This document shows positions 11,471 to 24,125 of a stretch of DNA of 64,000 nucleotides, one piece after another; the first letter of the stretch is position 1; every line of letters starts with the position of its first letter. The notes below the pieces were generated by a model, which saw only the letters and a program-made list of their open reading frames with translations, had not been told where the DNA came from and did no database searches. The stretch lies in NCBI RefSeq assembly GCF_963921235.1, contig NC_086120.1:9052001-9116000 (forward strand), in the 5' to 3' direction. The stretch is from Mobula hypostoma (Eukaryota). Position numbers and translations under genes: made by a program.

Positions 11471-12680
11471 ACATAGAGTTCTTTGAGGAGGTGACCAGGC
11501 ATATAGATGAGAGTAGCGCAGTGGATGTGATCTATATGGATTTTAGTAAGGCATTTGACAAGGTTCCACATGATTGGCTTATTCAGAAAGTCAGAAGGCA
11601 TGGGATCCAGGGAAGTTTGGCCCGGTGGATTCAGAATTGGCTTCCCTGCAGGAGGCAGAGTGTCGTGGTGGAGGGAGTACATTCAGATTGGAGGACTGTT
11701 ACTTGTGGTGTCCTACAAGGATCTGTTCTGGGACCTCTACTTTTCGTGTTTTTTATTAACGACCTGGATGTTGGGGTAGAAGGATGGCTTGGCAAGTTTG
11801 CAGATGACACAAAGGTTGGTGGTGTTGTAGATAATGTAGAGGATTGTCGAAGATTGCAGAGAGATATTGATAGGATGCAGAAATGGGCTGAGAAGTGGCA
11901 GATGGAGTTCAACCCGGAGAAGTGTGAGGTGGTACACTTTGGAAGGACAAAATCCAAGGCAGAGTACAAAGTAAATGGCAGGATACTTGGTAGTGTGGAG
12001 GAGCAGAGGGATCTGGGGGTACATGTCCACAAATCCCTGAAAGTTGTCCCACAGGTAGATAGGGTAGTTAAGAAATCTTATGGGGTGATATCTTTCATAA
12101 GTCGAGGGATAGTGTTTAAGAGTCGCGATATAATGATGCAGCTCTATAAAACTCTGGTTAGGCCACACTTGGAGTACTGTGTCCAGTTCTGGTTGCCTCA
12201 CTATAGGAAGGATGTGGAAGCATTGGAAAGGGTACAGAGTAGATTTCCCAGGATGCTGCCTGGTTTAGAAAGTATGCATTATGATCAGAGATTAAGGGAA
12301 CTAGGGCTTTACTCTTTTGAGAGGGAGGATGAGAGGAGACATGATAGAGGTGTACAAGATAATAAGAGGAATAGATAGAGTGGACAGCCAGTGCATCTTC
12401 CCCAGGGCACCACTGCTCAATACAAGAGGACATGGCTTTAAGGTAAGGGGTGGGAAGTTCAAGGGGGATATTAGAGGAAGGTTTTTTACTCAGAGAGTGG
12501 TTGGTGCGTGGAATGCACTGCCTGAGTCAGTGGTGGAGGCAGATACACTCATGAAGTTTAAGAGACTAATAGACAGGCATATGGAGGAGTTTAAGTTGCG
12601 GGGTTATATCGGAGGCAGGGTTTGTGGGTCAGCACAATATTGTGGGCCGAAGGGCCTGTAATGTGCTGTACTGTTCTATG
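11471..12680 (+). mobile_element. 5'-truncated CR1 LINE (RT plus 3' end)
   Basis: ORF 11491..12378 ([34 protein letters not shown]), a frameshift into 12317..12661, and a 3' tail CTGTTCTATG. Confidence 0.9.
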
Positions 12681-14050
12681 GAACCTGACTAGCTACATAT
12701 AAGAACACTGTGGGCGGCTACAGAAGAAATTAGGAACTATTGTTCAGATATTTGCTTCATTGTTAGCCATGGAGAAGTGCTAGTAAATAGACTGGATTGT
12801 AGCAAATGTTGTGCATATATGTAAGAAGAGTGGCAAGGAATACTGGGATCTATACACCAGTAAGTCTTACATCTGGGACAGGTAAATGACTGGAGAAGAT
12901 ACTAAGGGATAAAATATCCCTACACCTTGAAACGCAGGGGTTGGTTAGAGGCATCAGCATGGCTTTGTGCATGGGAGATCATGCCTTATGAATTTTACTG
13001 AGATTTTTTAATGATGCAATAAAGGATGTCAGTGAGGCCAAGGCCATGGTGTCATTTATATGAACTTCACTAAGTCTTTAATGTTCCACTTATTAGGCTG
13101 CCCTGGAAAGATAGTTCACAGGCAATCCAGTAAGAGCTGGCTAACTGGAAACACAATTGATATAGTAGACAATGAAGAAGATCAATCAAAATTACAGAGG
13201 CAGCTTGATCAGCTGGGATGAAGGATGTCAAATGGAGTTTAATTTGGATAAGTGCAAGACATTACATTTTCAAGATTAAATCAAGGTAGGAATTTCACAT
13301 GAATGAGGGGTGTTGGTGAACAGAGGAACGTTGGAGTGAAAGTACAAGGTTTGAAAGTGGAGTCACAGGTAGACAAGATGGGAAAGAAGGTTTTTGGCAT
13401 TATGAACTTCATAAGTCAGGACACTGAATATAAAAGTTGGAAGCCATGGTGTGTTTGTAGAGAATGCTACTGTGGTCGTACGTGGAGTATTGTGCAAAAT
13501 TTTGGCTGCACTGCTATAGGAAAGATCCATTTAAATAGTAAAGACTGCAGAAAAGATTGACAGGTTGTGAGATCTTGAGGGTCTGTGTTATGGGCAGAAA
13601 TTAGTCAGGGGAGAACTGAGAGGTGATTATATAGAAGTGTACATGATCATGAAAGGTGAATGTACTCGGCTCTTTTTCCATATTGAATTAAGAACAAGAA
13701 TATACGAGTTTAAGGTGAGAGGGAACACCTTGCACAACATTGCTGAGGCTCATCACCAATGATGCTGAGACAGCCTACGGACTGGAGGTGGAAGAGTTCG
13801 AGGCCTGCTGCCAGGCAAATAACCTGTTTAACTCACAAACTGTGGCATCTATGTGAAATGAGCTAACAGAGGAAGGGTAGGTTGAGAAATGTACAAGAAC
13901 AACTTTTAACAGATAGTTGGACAGGTACATGGTTTGGAAATGTTCAGAATGTTAGGGGCCAAACACTGGCAAATGGGACTAACTTGGATGGAGATGCCGA
14001 TCAATATGGACCAATTGGGGCAAAGAGGTTAGTACTGTGCAGTAGAACTC
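12681..14050 (+). mobile_element. Old decayed CR1 (duplicate of 10786-11264, then RT C-terminus and 3' end) containing a short Rex-type insert at 13731-13830
   Basis: Direct repeat of the 10786 block, then degenerate RT and 3' UTR (GGGCCAAACACTGGCAAATGGGACTAACTTGG). Confidence 0.7.
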
Positions 14051-14640
14051 TATGAAACTTATTTATTCAGGATAGCTCATCCCTTCCATTTGATACTTTC
14101 CATTGGCAGGACCCAATGGCATCTTTCTCCCATGGGTGATTCCATTTACCAGATACTGAAGTCACCATATACACAGCATGGTTACAATAGAACTCAGGCA
14201 TCCCTCTTCAACTTTTTTGATACCATTGACAAATGCATCAGTACTGTATTCTGATTTCATGCAGAACTTATCAATGTCATCATCTTTGCCACATACTTCC
14301 TCACTGCCATTAAATGATAATAGTATCTGTTATCATCAACAGCATTCCTGGTGAAGGAAATTAATTTTGGAGGTCAGACACTGATATAATATTTTCTGAG
14401 TTACACATCCTTTCTCCTGGAAGCCACTGCAATATCATTCTGTGGCAAGAAACTAAGTCGAGGCACTGCAGTCTCCTCGTTTGCTTTTCAATGAGAACAG
14501 ATTATTTCAAACGTTACCATTTGCACTGAATTCTTCTAATATTGTGTTTGCGTCCATTTATTTGGGGCGTGACAGTCATGTTTTGTTGCTCAGCCTGTGA
14601 TCTTAAATTATCTGCGTGAGTGATCTTCTAAACAGAATTA

Positions 14641-15960
14641 ATGGTCCAATTACCGGTAACAAATTTGAAAATTCAAAGAGAATCAAGAAACCTGACATTG
14701 TCAAAAATCCATGACATCACCATGAAAGGATGGCCAGCTCATGATAATCTGACATTCCAAAAGTTCTCAGTGAGACCAGACCAACTGTCGACATGTCAAA
14801 GAACACTGATGTGTGGATCTCATGTAGTGGTTGCCTTGAAACTGCGCACCAGAGTGTTAGAGAATCTGCGTGAAGGACACCTGAATAGTGTCAAGATGAA
14901 GAGTCTTGCCCGAAACTGCATGTGGTGGCTGGGAATAGATAAAAAGATTGAAGACTTGGCCAAAAGCCATTCTGGATCACATGAAGTTCAAATGTGCCAC
15001 CACAGGCACTGTACACCCAGGGACTGGCCAACATCACCATGGCAAAGAGTGCATATTGACATTGCTGGGACATTCATGGATTTCATGTTTCTGATTACTG
15101 TGGATGCTCATACGAAGTGGCCTGAAGTCATACCAATGAAGTCAACCACCTCAGAAAAGACTGCTTCTGCTCTGAGGATTATCTTCACTATAAACGGCTT
15201 ACCAGAGCAAATTACAAGTGACAACAGACCACACTATATGTCAGAAGAGTTGAGACAATTCAAGAAGGAAAAATAGCATCAAACATTTGAAGTCAGCTGC
15301 TCACCACCAATCAATGAATGGGTTAGCTGAAAGTGTATCCAAACCTTCAAGAAGTCTACTAAAGTATTGGTCAAGGAGGCCACTTCTCTACAGCACAAGG
15401 CAGACAATTTCTTTATTGCATATCAGAACTCTGGTCATGTGACAACAAATCAAACACTTGCAATGCTGTTCATGAGCAGGAGTCTGAGATCTCACACAGA
15501 GTTCCTGAAACCAGATCTACAGAAGGAAGTGCAGAATAACCAGTTCAACCAGTTGCCAATTGAATCAGCAAAGAGCTTTGAGTTTGGACAGGAAGTCTGA
15601 GCACGTGATTACTGAGAAGACAAATGGAGAGCTGGCAGGATAGCTACAAGAACTGGACCACTGATGTACACAGTGGAGGTTGGAGATCAGAGATGGAGAT
15701 ATCATGTGGGCCAGATACTGTATGCTCAACCAAAGAGCACATTGGAGTCAATTGCAACCAACAAGATGGACACATAACAGCCACTGGACTTAAGTCTCAG
15801 TGATGATCATGTTGCCAATGTGACACCAGCAACCGAGAAAGCTGTCCTTGACACAACACCGACCAAACCTGATGTCACTCCACCAGTCCAGAGCAGAACA
15901 AGAATGTTATCATTGACAAGACACTTGCCAAACCGAATGCCACCCTTAGGTCCAGAGGCA
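14641..15960 (+). pseudogene. Decayed Ty3/Gypsy integrase (zinc-binding plus rve core)
   Basis: ORF 14641..15276: GHLNSVKMKSLARNCMWWLGID, PWQRVHIDIAG, VDAHTKWPEV, GLPEQITSDN; continues through stops and frameshifts to 15600 and beyond. Confidence 0.85.
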
Positions 15961-16004
15961 CTATCCTGAAAAAAACAGAGCAACACCCAAAAGACTGTAT
16001 CCTT

Positions 16005-16892
16005 TGTTACATGCTCAAGGAGATCTGTTTTTTTTTGTGAGAATGCTGTCATGGTCTTTTGGAGGTCACCTGATGTGATTTTCCCACCGATGTGAGGTCA
16101 CATGACATGTGCCCCGTGACTATATAAGGGTCGACTCAGGTGATGCAGTGGGTTTTTGAGTTTGTAGATTTCCAGGTAGAATGTCTTGTGCCCCTGTTTC
16201 TGTTGCGTGTTTGTTTTTGTGACGCAGTTTCATTTTTAGAACGGAAGGTGCGTTCACTTACAAGATATTGTATTGAACTGGAAATTTGAGGCGGAAGTGC
16301 CAATTTACTCAATTCCGACAGTTTTGAAGGGAGAGTGAAGAATTCATTGAAGTGAAGAATTCATTGAAGTGAAGGATCGAGGGAAGTCGGCATCGTTTGG
16401 CAGTTTAATAAAGGATCGACCTTATTGAGTCTTCGTTGAAGAGAACCTGCATTGAGACAACTCTTGCAATAGCGCAATGAGTTCACGCACAAAGGCGCTC
16501 TCTCTTTAAAAAGGAATTTAAGGTCAGTCGACTTAAACGGTTTAATTTCGGCATCGGGAATCCTGTGGACAGAACCGGCAGTAAAGGTGCGTCGGTGAAG
16601 AAATCCTTCTCCAGAGAGTTCTCTCCCAATTGAATGCATAAAGCTGTTGGACTTTCGAAGATACCGCTTTAAGAACTATATTTGATTGTATCGCTTTAAG
16701 AACTGTTTTCCGCATTTAACGCTTTAAGAACCAGAGCCAAGTGGAGTTGAACGGCTGCGTACCTGTTTAACCTCCGGTTAAAGTTTTCCTTTGTTTTTTT
16801 TTCCCCTTATCGCTTATATGTGTTTAATAAATGTTTGGTTGTTCTCATAAAACCTGTCTCGATTAATATTCATTGTTGCCGGTTACGTAACG
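16005..16892 (+). repeat. 5' LTR of the Gmr1-like element
   Basis: Starts TGTTACATGCTCAAGG and ends TTACGTAACG; TATATAA near 16120 and AATAAA near 16826; a private 17-bp tandem duplication at 16335-16368. Confidence 0.92.
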
Positions 16893-16900
16893 TAATTTTG

Positions 16901-16916
16901 TGGGGGCTCGTGGGAT
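16901..16916 (+). promoter_or_regulatory. Primer-binding site, tRNA-Pro type
   Basis: TGGGGGCTCGT(--)GGGAT versus the complement of the tRNA-Pro 3' end, TGGGGGCTCGTCCGGGAT. Confidence 0.75.
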
Positions 16917-17021
16917 ATGTTCCGATTTTGAGTTTAAGTGCTGGTAATTGCCATTTTGATTTGAAAAGGGAATACCCGATTTATTTTGGTTTCATTGGTG
17001 TGTGTGTTGTATTCGGCAACA

Positions 17022-19422
17022 ATGGATATTGACGAGTTTTTGAAGACGCTTTACTCAGGATTTTTAGAGAATGCGAGAAAACCTGTGGTATTGGAGATTG
17101 CTAAGAAGTTGGATATTAAAGGAATTACGAGAAATTCTACTAAGGCTTTCATACAAAGGAAAATTGCTGAACATTATATTAATTTGGAATGTTTTGAGGA
17201 GGAGGTGTTAGAGACGTTTCCAATGAGTAATCTGGAAATGTAGTTGCATCCTGAACAGTTAAAGTTTGAAAGATTTAAAGTGGAAATGAGAGAAAGAGAA
17301 GCTGAAAACCAGAGGAAATTTGAGCTAGAGATGGAGAAAATGAAAGCTGGGAATCAGTCTTCTAGTTCTACAAAACAATTTATTGCTAGTGGTGAGGTTG
17401 TTTTGGCTCTTCCATTTAATGAAGCTGATGTGGATGCATATTTTCAGCATTTCGAAATAGTTGCTCTGATTTTAAAGTGGCTGAAGGACCAATGGCCGCT
17501 GATGTTACAAAGTGTAACTAAAGGCAAGGCACAACAAGTTTATACAGCTTTAAATGCTGAGCAAGCACTGGATTATGATATTGTTAAAGAGAATATATTA
17601 AACGTATACAAGATGGTTCCAGAAGCATATAGAGAAAGATTTAGAAGTTTAAAGAACTCGGTGGAAAAAAACTTATGTGGAATTTGCCTATGAGAAATCT
17701 GTGTGTTTTGAGAGATGGGTTTCCTCTAAAAATGTGAATGGGGAGTATAATAAATTGAAAGAGCTGATTTTGCAGGAGGAATTTAAAAGAAGCATTCCTG
17801 TTGAAGTGAGAACATATTTAAATGAACGGGACACTGCTACATTTCAGGAGGTTGCTAAATTGGCTGATGAGTATGTTTTAATTCACAAGAATAAATTTTC
17901 TCCACGTAAATTTTTTAAAAGGAAAACTAGCCTGGAGAGTCAAGGTAAACCAGACATTAAATTTGAAATTAGTGAGAAAAGTAAGGATGAAGGGAGACAT
18001 GTGAAGGAAAGACATTTTGGTATTATTTGTAATTATTGTAAGAAACCTGGACATATAGTGGCTAACTGCTTCCGATTGAAATGGAAAGAGAAAGAAGTGG
18101 CCCCAGATGCTTGTGTGCAGCATATTGGAAAACCTGTAAAACCACAGGGTTTAGAAAATAATAATGAAGATGTGTCAGAGTCTGACCAAGTTAAGAAGGG
18201 ATATGAAGCTTTTATAACAGAAGGATTTGTATCCTTGAAAGACGGATCCAATGCAGTGCCGATAAGGATACTTAGAGATACTGGAGCTTCACAATCATTA
18301 ATATTACATAGTGTATTGAGGTTTAATGATGAGTCTGACACTAGTGAGGTAAATTATATAAGAGGAGTAGTGAGTGCCCTTATCCCAGTACATGTACATA
18401 GAGTAAATTTAAGGTCAGCATTAGTTAGAGGGGTTCTTAAAGTAGGACTACAATCCAGTTTACCTGTGAATGATGTTCCTCTTTTGTTAGGGAGTGATTT
18501 AGCAGGTGGACAAGTTTTTCCTGAAGTGCATTTGACAATATATTCAAATTCTGAGGAACCACCGAGGGATTTTAACACAGATTCTTCCTGCGTTGTAACA
18601 AGAGCTATGGCTAAAAAGACTGATGTAAAGGATGTGGTTGTTACCCATGAGAGTTCAAATCAAGATTTGAATTTTGAGGATGTATCAGAAACTTTCTTAC
18701 CTACCTTATTTGATCAGGATTTTGATGGTAAGTCTGATCAGGAAGATTTGTCTTTATTTCAGAAGGAGATGATAGCAGAGCAGGGTAGGGATCCTGAGAT
18801 AGTTAAATTAAAAGAACAAGCTCTTCTGGATAGTGAAATTGGAAAAGTACCACTTGGATATTATTTTGAAAAGGGGGTATTAATGAGAAAGTGGAGATCG
18901 CCTACAATTCCCACTAGTGAGGAATGGGAAGTTAATCATCAGGTTGTTGTTCCTAAAATTTACCGAAATGGGATTTTGATTACGGCTCATAGTATTCCTT
19001 TGGGTGGTCATTTAGGGTTAAAGAAAACTATGAACAAGGTTTCTAAACATTTTTATTGGCCTAGTTTAAGACAAGATGTGGCAACATTTTGTAGAACGTG
19101 TCATACATGTCAAATTGTTGGTAAACCTAATCAGGTTACTCCAGTGGCTCCACTACAACCAATTCTTGTATTTGGTGAGCTGCATTATGAAAGAGAAGTT
19201 GCTAATATGACTGTCGTGATTAATAATGAGTCTGATCTTGCTGAAAAGTTACTAGAGGATTCATCTGAAACTCATTTTAAACCCAACATTATTTCAGCCA
19301 TGTTGCCAAATTCAAAACTTCTGGAAAACATTGACGAAAAAATAGCTCATTTACAACCGGAAAAGAGAGAGCAGATGAAAAAGTTAATTTTTAAGTACAG
19401 ATTTATTTCCAGACGTCCCTAG
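17022..19422 (+). pseudogene. gag (SCAN-like capsid, CCHC knuckle), protease and internally deleted integrase
   Basis: LKWLKDQWPLMLQS..GKAQ, PEAYRERFR, LILQEEFKRSIP; CNYCKKPGHIVANC; ILRDTGASQSL; AHSIPLGGH...CHTC. Stop at 17241-17243 and a frameshift near 17670. Confidence 0.88.
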
Positions 19423-20712
19423 AAGAACCACTGTAACCACACATGATGTAGATTTGGGAGATGCAAAACCCATAAAACAACATCCATATCGGATGAACAG
19501 GGAAAAATGTGAACTTGCTGAACAGGAACTTAGTACATCTTAGAGAATAATATTATTAGACATACTAATTCGAATTGGAGTTCGCCGTGTGTTATGGTTC
19601 CTAAACCAGACAATAGTATTAGGTTTTGCACGGATTATAGGAAGGTGAATGCTGCGACAAAGACTGATGCATATCCAATCCCTAGAGTAGACGATTGTGT
19701 GGATAAAGTTGGGCAGGCCAAATTCCTTACAAAAATTGATTTGTTATAAGGTTATTGGTGTGTTCCATTGATGGATAGAGGTGGAGAGATTTCAGCATTT
19801 GTAACCCCATCTGGGTTATATGAATATAATGTTCTTCCATTTGGGATGAAGAATGCACCAAGTACTTTTCAGAGGATGATTAGTGGCGTGATTCAGGGAT
19901 TAAAAGATACAGATGCCTATATTGATGATCTGGTTTCAGGGAATAATACATGGAAAGCACATATTGTGGCGGTGGAGAAATTATTTGAGAGACTTTCAAA
20001 AGCTAACTTAACTATTAACTTATCCAAAAGTGAATTTGGTAATGCCACAGTGACTTACCTTGGTTATGTTGTGGGTCAGGGGAAATTAGCACCTGTTCAG
20101 GCAATTTTGGAAGTACCCACTCCCACTGGTAGACAAACCCTCAGAAGATTCTTGGGTATGGTGGGATATTACAGAAAATTTTTGTAAGGATTTTGCAAAC
20201 ATTGCTCTTCCATTAACTAATCTCTTGAAGAAAAATGAGAAGTTTGTTTGGACAGAGTCTTGTCAGGAGGCATTTGATAAATTGAAAGCTATAATATGTA
20301 GTCAACCTGTACTTAAATCTCCTGACTTTGAAAAACCATTTTTGTTAGCTGTAGATGCTAGTGATGAAGCTGCAGGAGCAGTGTTGCTTCAAAAAGATGA
20401 TGGTGATGAAGTTGATCATCTGGTAGCTTATTTTTCTAAGAAATTTAATGCCCATCAAAGAAATTATTCAACAATAGAAAAAGAACTGTTATCTCTTGTT
20501 TTAGCTTTGCAACATTTTGAAGTGTATGTTGATTCTACGCATAAACCGCTCACAGTTTATACCGATCACAATCCGTTAGTGTTTTGAAGTAAGATGAAAA
20601 ACAAAAATAGAAGATTATTAAATTGGAGCTTAATGTTACAGGAGTATAATATTTTGATCACTCACATCAGGGTAAAGATAATGTGATTGTTGACTATTTG
20701 TCTAGATGTTAA
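19400..20712 (+). pseudogene. Reverse transcriptase and RNase H of the Gmr1-like element
   Basis: PIKQHPYRM, WSSPCVMVPKPD, RFCTDYRKVN, LPFGMKNAPSTFQR, AYIDDL, VDASDEAAGAVL, YSTIEKELL, YTDHNPL; several stops and frameshifts. Confidence 0.9.
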
Positions 20713-20900
20713 ATGAACAATGAAAATTTGTTTTGTTTTGGAGTGATATTTTATCATTTGTAACACTCCTACTGTACATTAGTTTGTAAAGGGCTGAAAG
20801 ATAAGATTGTATATATTGTGTATTTTGTGAATTTTACACCTTTGTTTTTTTTTGTATAAATTGTTAAATTTTTGTTCTTCAAAAGACCAATTTTTTTTTT

Positions 20901-20909
20901 GGAGGAAGG
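20901..20909 (+). promoter_or_regulatory. Polypurine tract
   Basis: GGAGGAAGG immediately before the 3' LTR start TGTTAC. Confidence 0.75.
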
Positions 20910-21784
20910 TGTTACATGCTCAAGGAGATCTGTTTTATTTGTGAGAATGCTGTAATGGTCTTTTGGAGGTCACCTGATATGATTTTCCCGCCGATGTGAG
21001 GTCACATGATGACATGTGCCCCCGTGACTATATAAGGGTCGACTCAGGTGACACAGTGGGTTTTTGAGTTTGTAGATTTCCAGGTAGAACATCTTGTGCC
21101 TCCGTTTCTGTTGTGTGTTTGTTTTTGTGACGCAGTTTCATTTTTAAAATGGAAGGTGCGTTCTCTTACAAGATATTGTATTGAACTGGAAAATTGAGGC
21201 TGGAAGTGCCAATTTACTCAATTCCGACAGTTTTGAAGGGCGAGTGAAGAATTCATCGAAGTGAAGGATTGAGAGAAGTCGGCATCGTTTGGCAGTTTAA
21301 TAAAGGATTGACCTTATTGAGTCTTCATTGAAGAGAACCTGCATTGAGATAACTCTTGCAATAGTGCAATCAGTTCATGCACAAAGGCTCTCTCTCTCTA
21401 AAAGGATTTTAAGGTCAGTCGATTTAAACTGTTTAATTTCGGCATCAGGAATTCTGTGGACAGATCCGGCAGTAAAGGTGTGTCGGTGAAGAAATCCTTC
21501 TCCAGAGAAGTCTCTCCCAATTGAATGCGTAAAGCTGTTGGACTTTCGAAGTTATCGCTTTAAGAACTATATCTGACTGTATTGCTTTAAGAACTGTTTC
21601 CGCATTTAACCCTTTAAGAACCAGAGCCGAGTGGAGTTGATGAACGGCTGCATACCTGTTTAACCTCTGGTTAAAGCGTTCCTTTGTATTTTTTTCCCGT
21701 ATTGCTTATACATGTTTAATAAATGTTTGGTTGTTCTCATAAAACCTGTCTCGATGAATATTCATTGTTGCTGATTACGTAACA
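20910..21784 (+). repeat. 3' LTR of the Gmr1-like element
   Basis: TGTTACATGCTCAAGG...TTACGTAACA; homologous to 16005-16892 along its length with scattered substitutions and small indels. Confidence 0.92.
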
Positions 21785-21907
21785 CTTTAGTGAAGTTAGT
21801 TATGGACTGTTATTTTGAAAGCAATAACTCTCCCCCTCCCCCTCCCCCTTTCGGAAAATCTTAGTACACAACAGCACCTGATTCTCCCTTGTCTATGATG
21901 CATTAAA

Positions 21908-22521
21908 TTTGATTAGATTATGAGGACATGCAGTCCTCTTTTATTGTCATTTAGTAATGCATGCATTAAGAAATGATACAATATTCCTCCGGTGTGATAT
22001 CACTGAAACACAGGACAGACCAAGACTGAAAAACTAACAAAAACCACATAATTATAACATACAGTTACAACAGTGCAACTGTTCCTTGATGAAGAACATA
22101 TGGCACAGTAAAAAAGTTCAAAGTCTCTGGAAAGTCCCACATCTCACGCAGACGGGAGAAGGAAGAAAACTCTCCCTGCCATGCCCGACCACAGTCCGAC
22201 TCTGAGTCGTCCAAAAACTTTGAGCTCTGATCAGCCCTCCAACACTGAGTACCAAGCACCATCTCTGTCCGAGCGCTTTGTCCTCGTCCTCAGCCTCAGT
22301 CGCCAGCAGCAGGCAAAGCCGGGGATTTTGGGGCCTTCCCTCCGGAAATTCTCAATCGCACAGTAGCAGCGGCAGCAAACCGGGCATTTCAGAAATTTCT
22401 CCAGATGTTCCTCTGCTTCTCACGTCTGTCTTCATCAAATCATAATTGTGCGCGGTGTCCTACTTACAGAAACGATATCATTTCACCGGAGAGCTGCGCG
22501 CACTGCGTCGCGCTGCCATCT
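21908..22521 (-). mobile_element. Non-autonomous retroposon with an (AATCT)n-type tail
   Basis: Minus-strand start AAGATGGCAGCGCGACG and 3' end ...AATAAAAGAGGACTGCATGTCCTCATAATCTAATC; the tail type matches the Rex-type element at 62550-63392. No coding frame. Confidence 0.5.
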
Positions 22522-24125
22522 TCTCCTCTCGCCTTCAAAGAATTTCAACAGATTTATCAGGCAATATTTTCCCTTGAGGAAACCATGCTGACTACGACCC
22601 ATTTTATCATGTGCCTCCAAGTACTGAGACTTCATCCCTAATAATTGACTCCAATATCTTCCCAAACACTGACATCAGACTAACTGGCCTACTGCTTCCT
22701 TTCTGCGGCCTCTCTCCCCTTTTGAAGAGTGGAGTGGCATTTGCAATTTTCCAGTCTTCCAGAAATTAGTAATTCTTGAATGATTATTACAAATGCCTCC
22801 ACCATCTCTTCATTCACCTCTTTCAGAGCCCTAAGTTGTATACCATCTGGTCCAGGTGACTTATCTACCTTCAGACCTTTCAGTTTCCCAAGAATCTTCT
22901 CTGTAGTAAAAGTATCTTCACACACAACATGCCCCCTGACACATGGAATTTCCACCAAACTGCTAGTATCTTCCACAGTGAAGGCTGATGCAAAATATTT
23001 ATTGTTTGTCCGCCATTTCCTTATACCCCATGACTATTTCTTCAGCATCGATTTCCATCAGTCCAACATCCATTCTCACCTCCCTTTTACACTTTATATA
23101 TCTGAAGAAACTTTTAGTATCCTCTTTAATATTATTGCTACCTTACGTTTGTATTCCATCTTTACCTTCCTGATTACTTTTTTAGTTTCCTTCTGTTGTT
23201 CTTTAAAAGTTTCCCAATCTTTGAATTTCCCACTAAATTTGGCTCTATTATATTCCTTCTCTTTGGCTTTTATGTTGATTTTGACTTCTCTTGCTGGTGC
23301 AGTTGTGTCATCTTGCATTTAGAATACCTTTTCCTTGTTCCAAGCTCACCTATCTTATTTTATATACTGTGCGCATTAAATTATAACACATTCAGTACTC
23401 TATTCCACATTTTTGTCCACTTTTTATGTTGCAACTCATCATGTTGACTGCAGTTTTGCCCTATCAACAGCCTCTCCTCACTACACATTGCCTCTGTTTG
23501 TAAGCCAGCCACCTCATCTTCAGTACTATCATCCACCTTTCCCATGATTGCATTCAAATATAGACAGCTCAGGATGCTAGTCGCACCATGCGCAACCTTT
23601 TGATTCCTAACTTTTTCCGAGGTCTTATCAACATCTGCCTCCACAACCTCTCCACTAACTGTTCTGGCCCTCTGATTCCCATCCCCCTCCAACTCTAGCT
23701 TAAACCGCACCGTGCAGCATTAACAAATCTTCCCAGTAAGATATTAATCCCTCTCCAGTTCTGGCGCAAACCCTCCTTTCTGTACAGGTGCCACCTTCCC
23801 TGGAACAGAACACAATGATCCAGAAATCTTCTGCCCTCCCTCCTACACCAAATCCTTAGCTATGTATTAAACTGTATAATCTTCCTCTTTCTAGCCTCAC
23901 CAACACATGGCACGGGTAGCAATCCTGAGATCACAACCGTGGAGGTCCTGTCCTTTGATTTAGCATGTAACTCCCCGATGTCCCTATGCAGAAACTCGTC
24001 ACTCAACCTACCCATGAGATTGACAATGACTTCTGGCTTTTCATCCTCCTGGTTAAGAATTCTGAAGACTCAATCTGAGAGATCCCAGACCCTGGCACCC
24101 GGGAGGGAACATACCATCAGGTAAT
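22522..24125 (-). mobile_element. Decayed, internally deleted CR1 (RT, linker and ORF1 remnants)
   Basis: SQHGFLKGK, KSPGPDGIQLRALKE, KEKEYNRAKFSGKFKDW and CLYLNA; ORF1-like sequence near 23750-24120. Confidence 0.75.

Larger units (their letters stand above)
16005..21784 (+). mobile_element. Gmr1-like Ty3/Gypsy LTR retrotransposon (gag-PR-IN-RT-RH order), defective
   Basis: Two homologous LTRs, tRNA-Pro PBS, PPT; integrase remnant lies upstream of RT. Flanks CCTT and CTTT may be an imperfect 4-bp TSD. Confidence 0.9.

Noticed and set aside
22009-22045. CACAGGA...ACAAAAACC as a cryptic RSS
   Set aside because: The nonamer is perfect, but the heptamer is non-consensus, the spacer is 21 nt, it lies inside a retroposon, and no V-like sequence precedes it.
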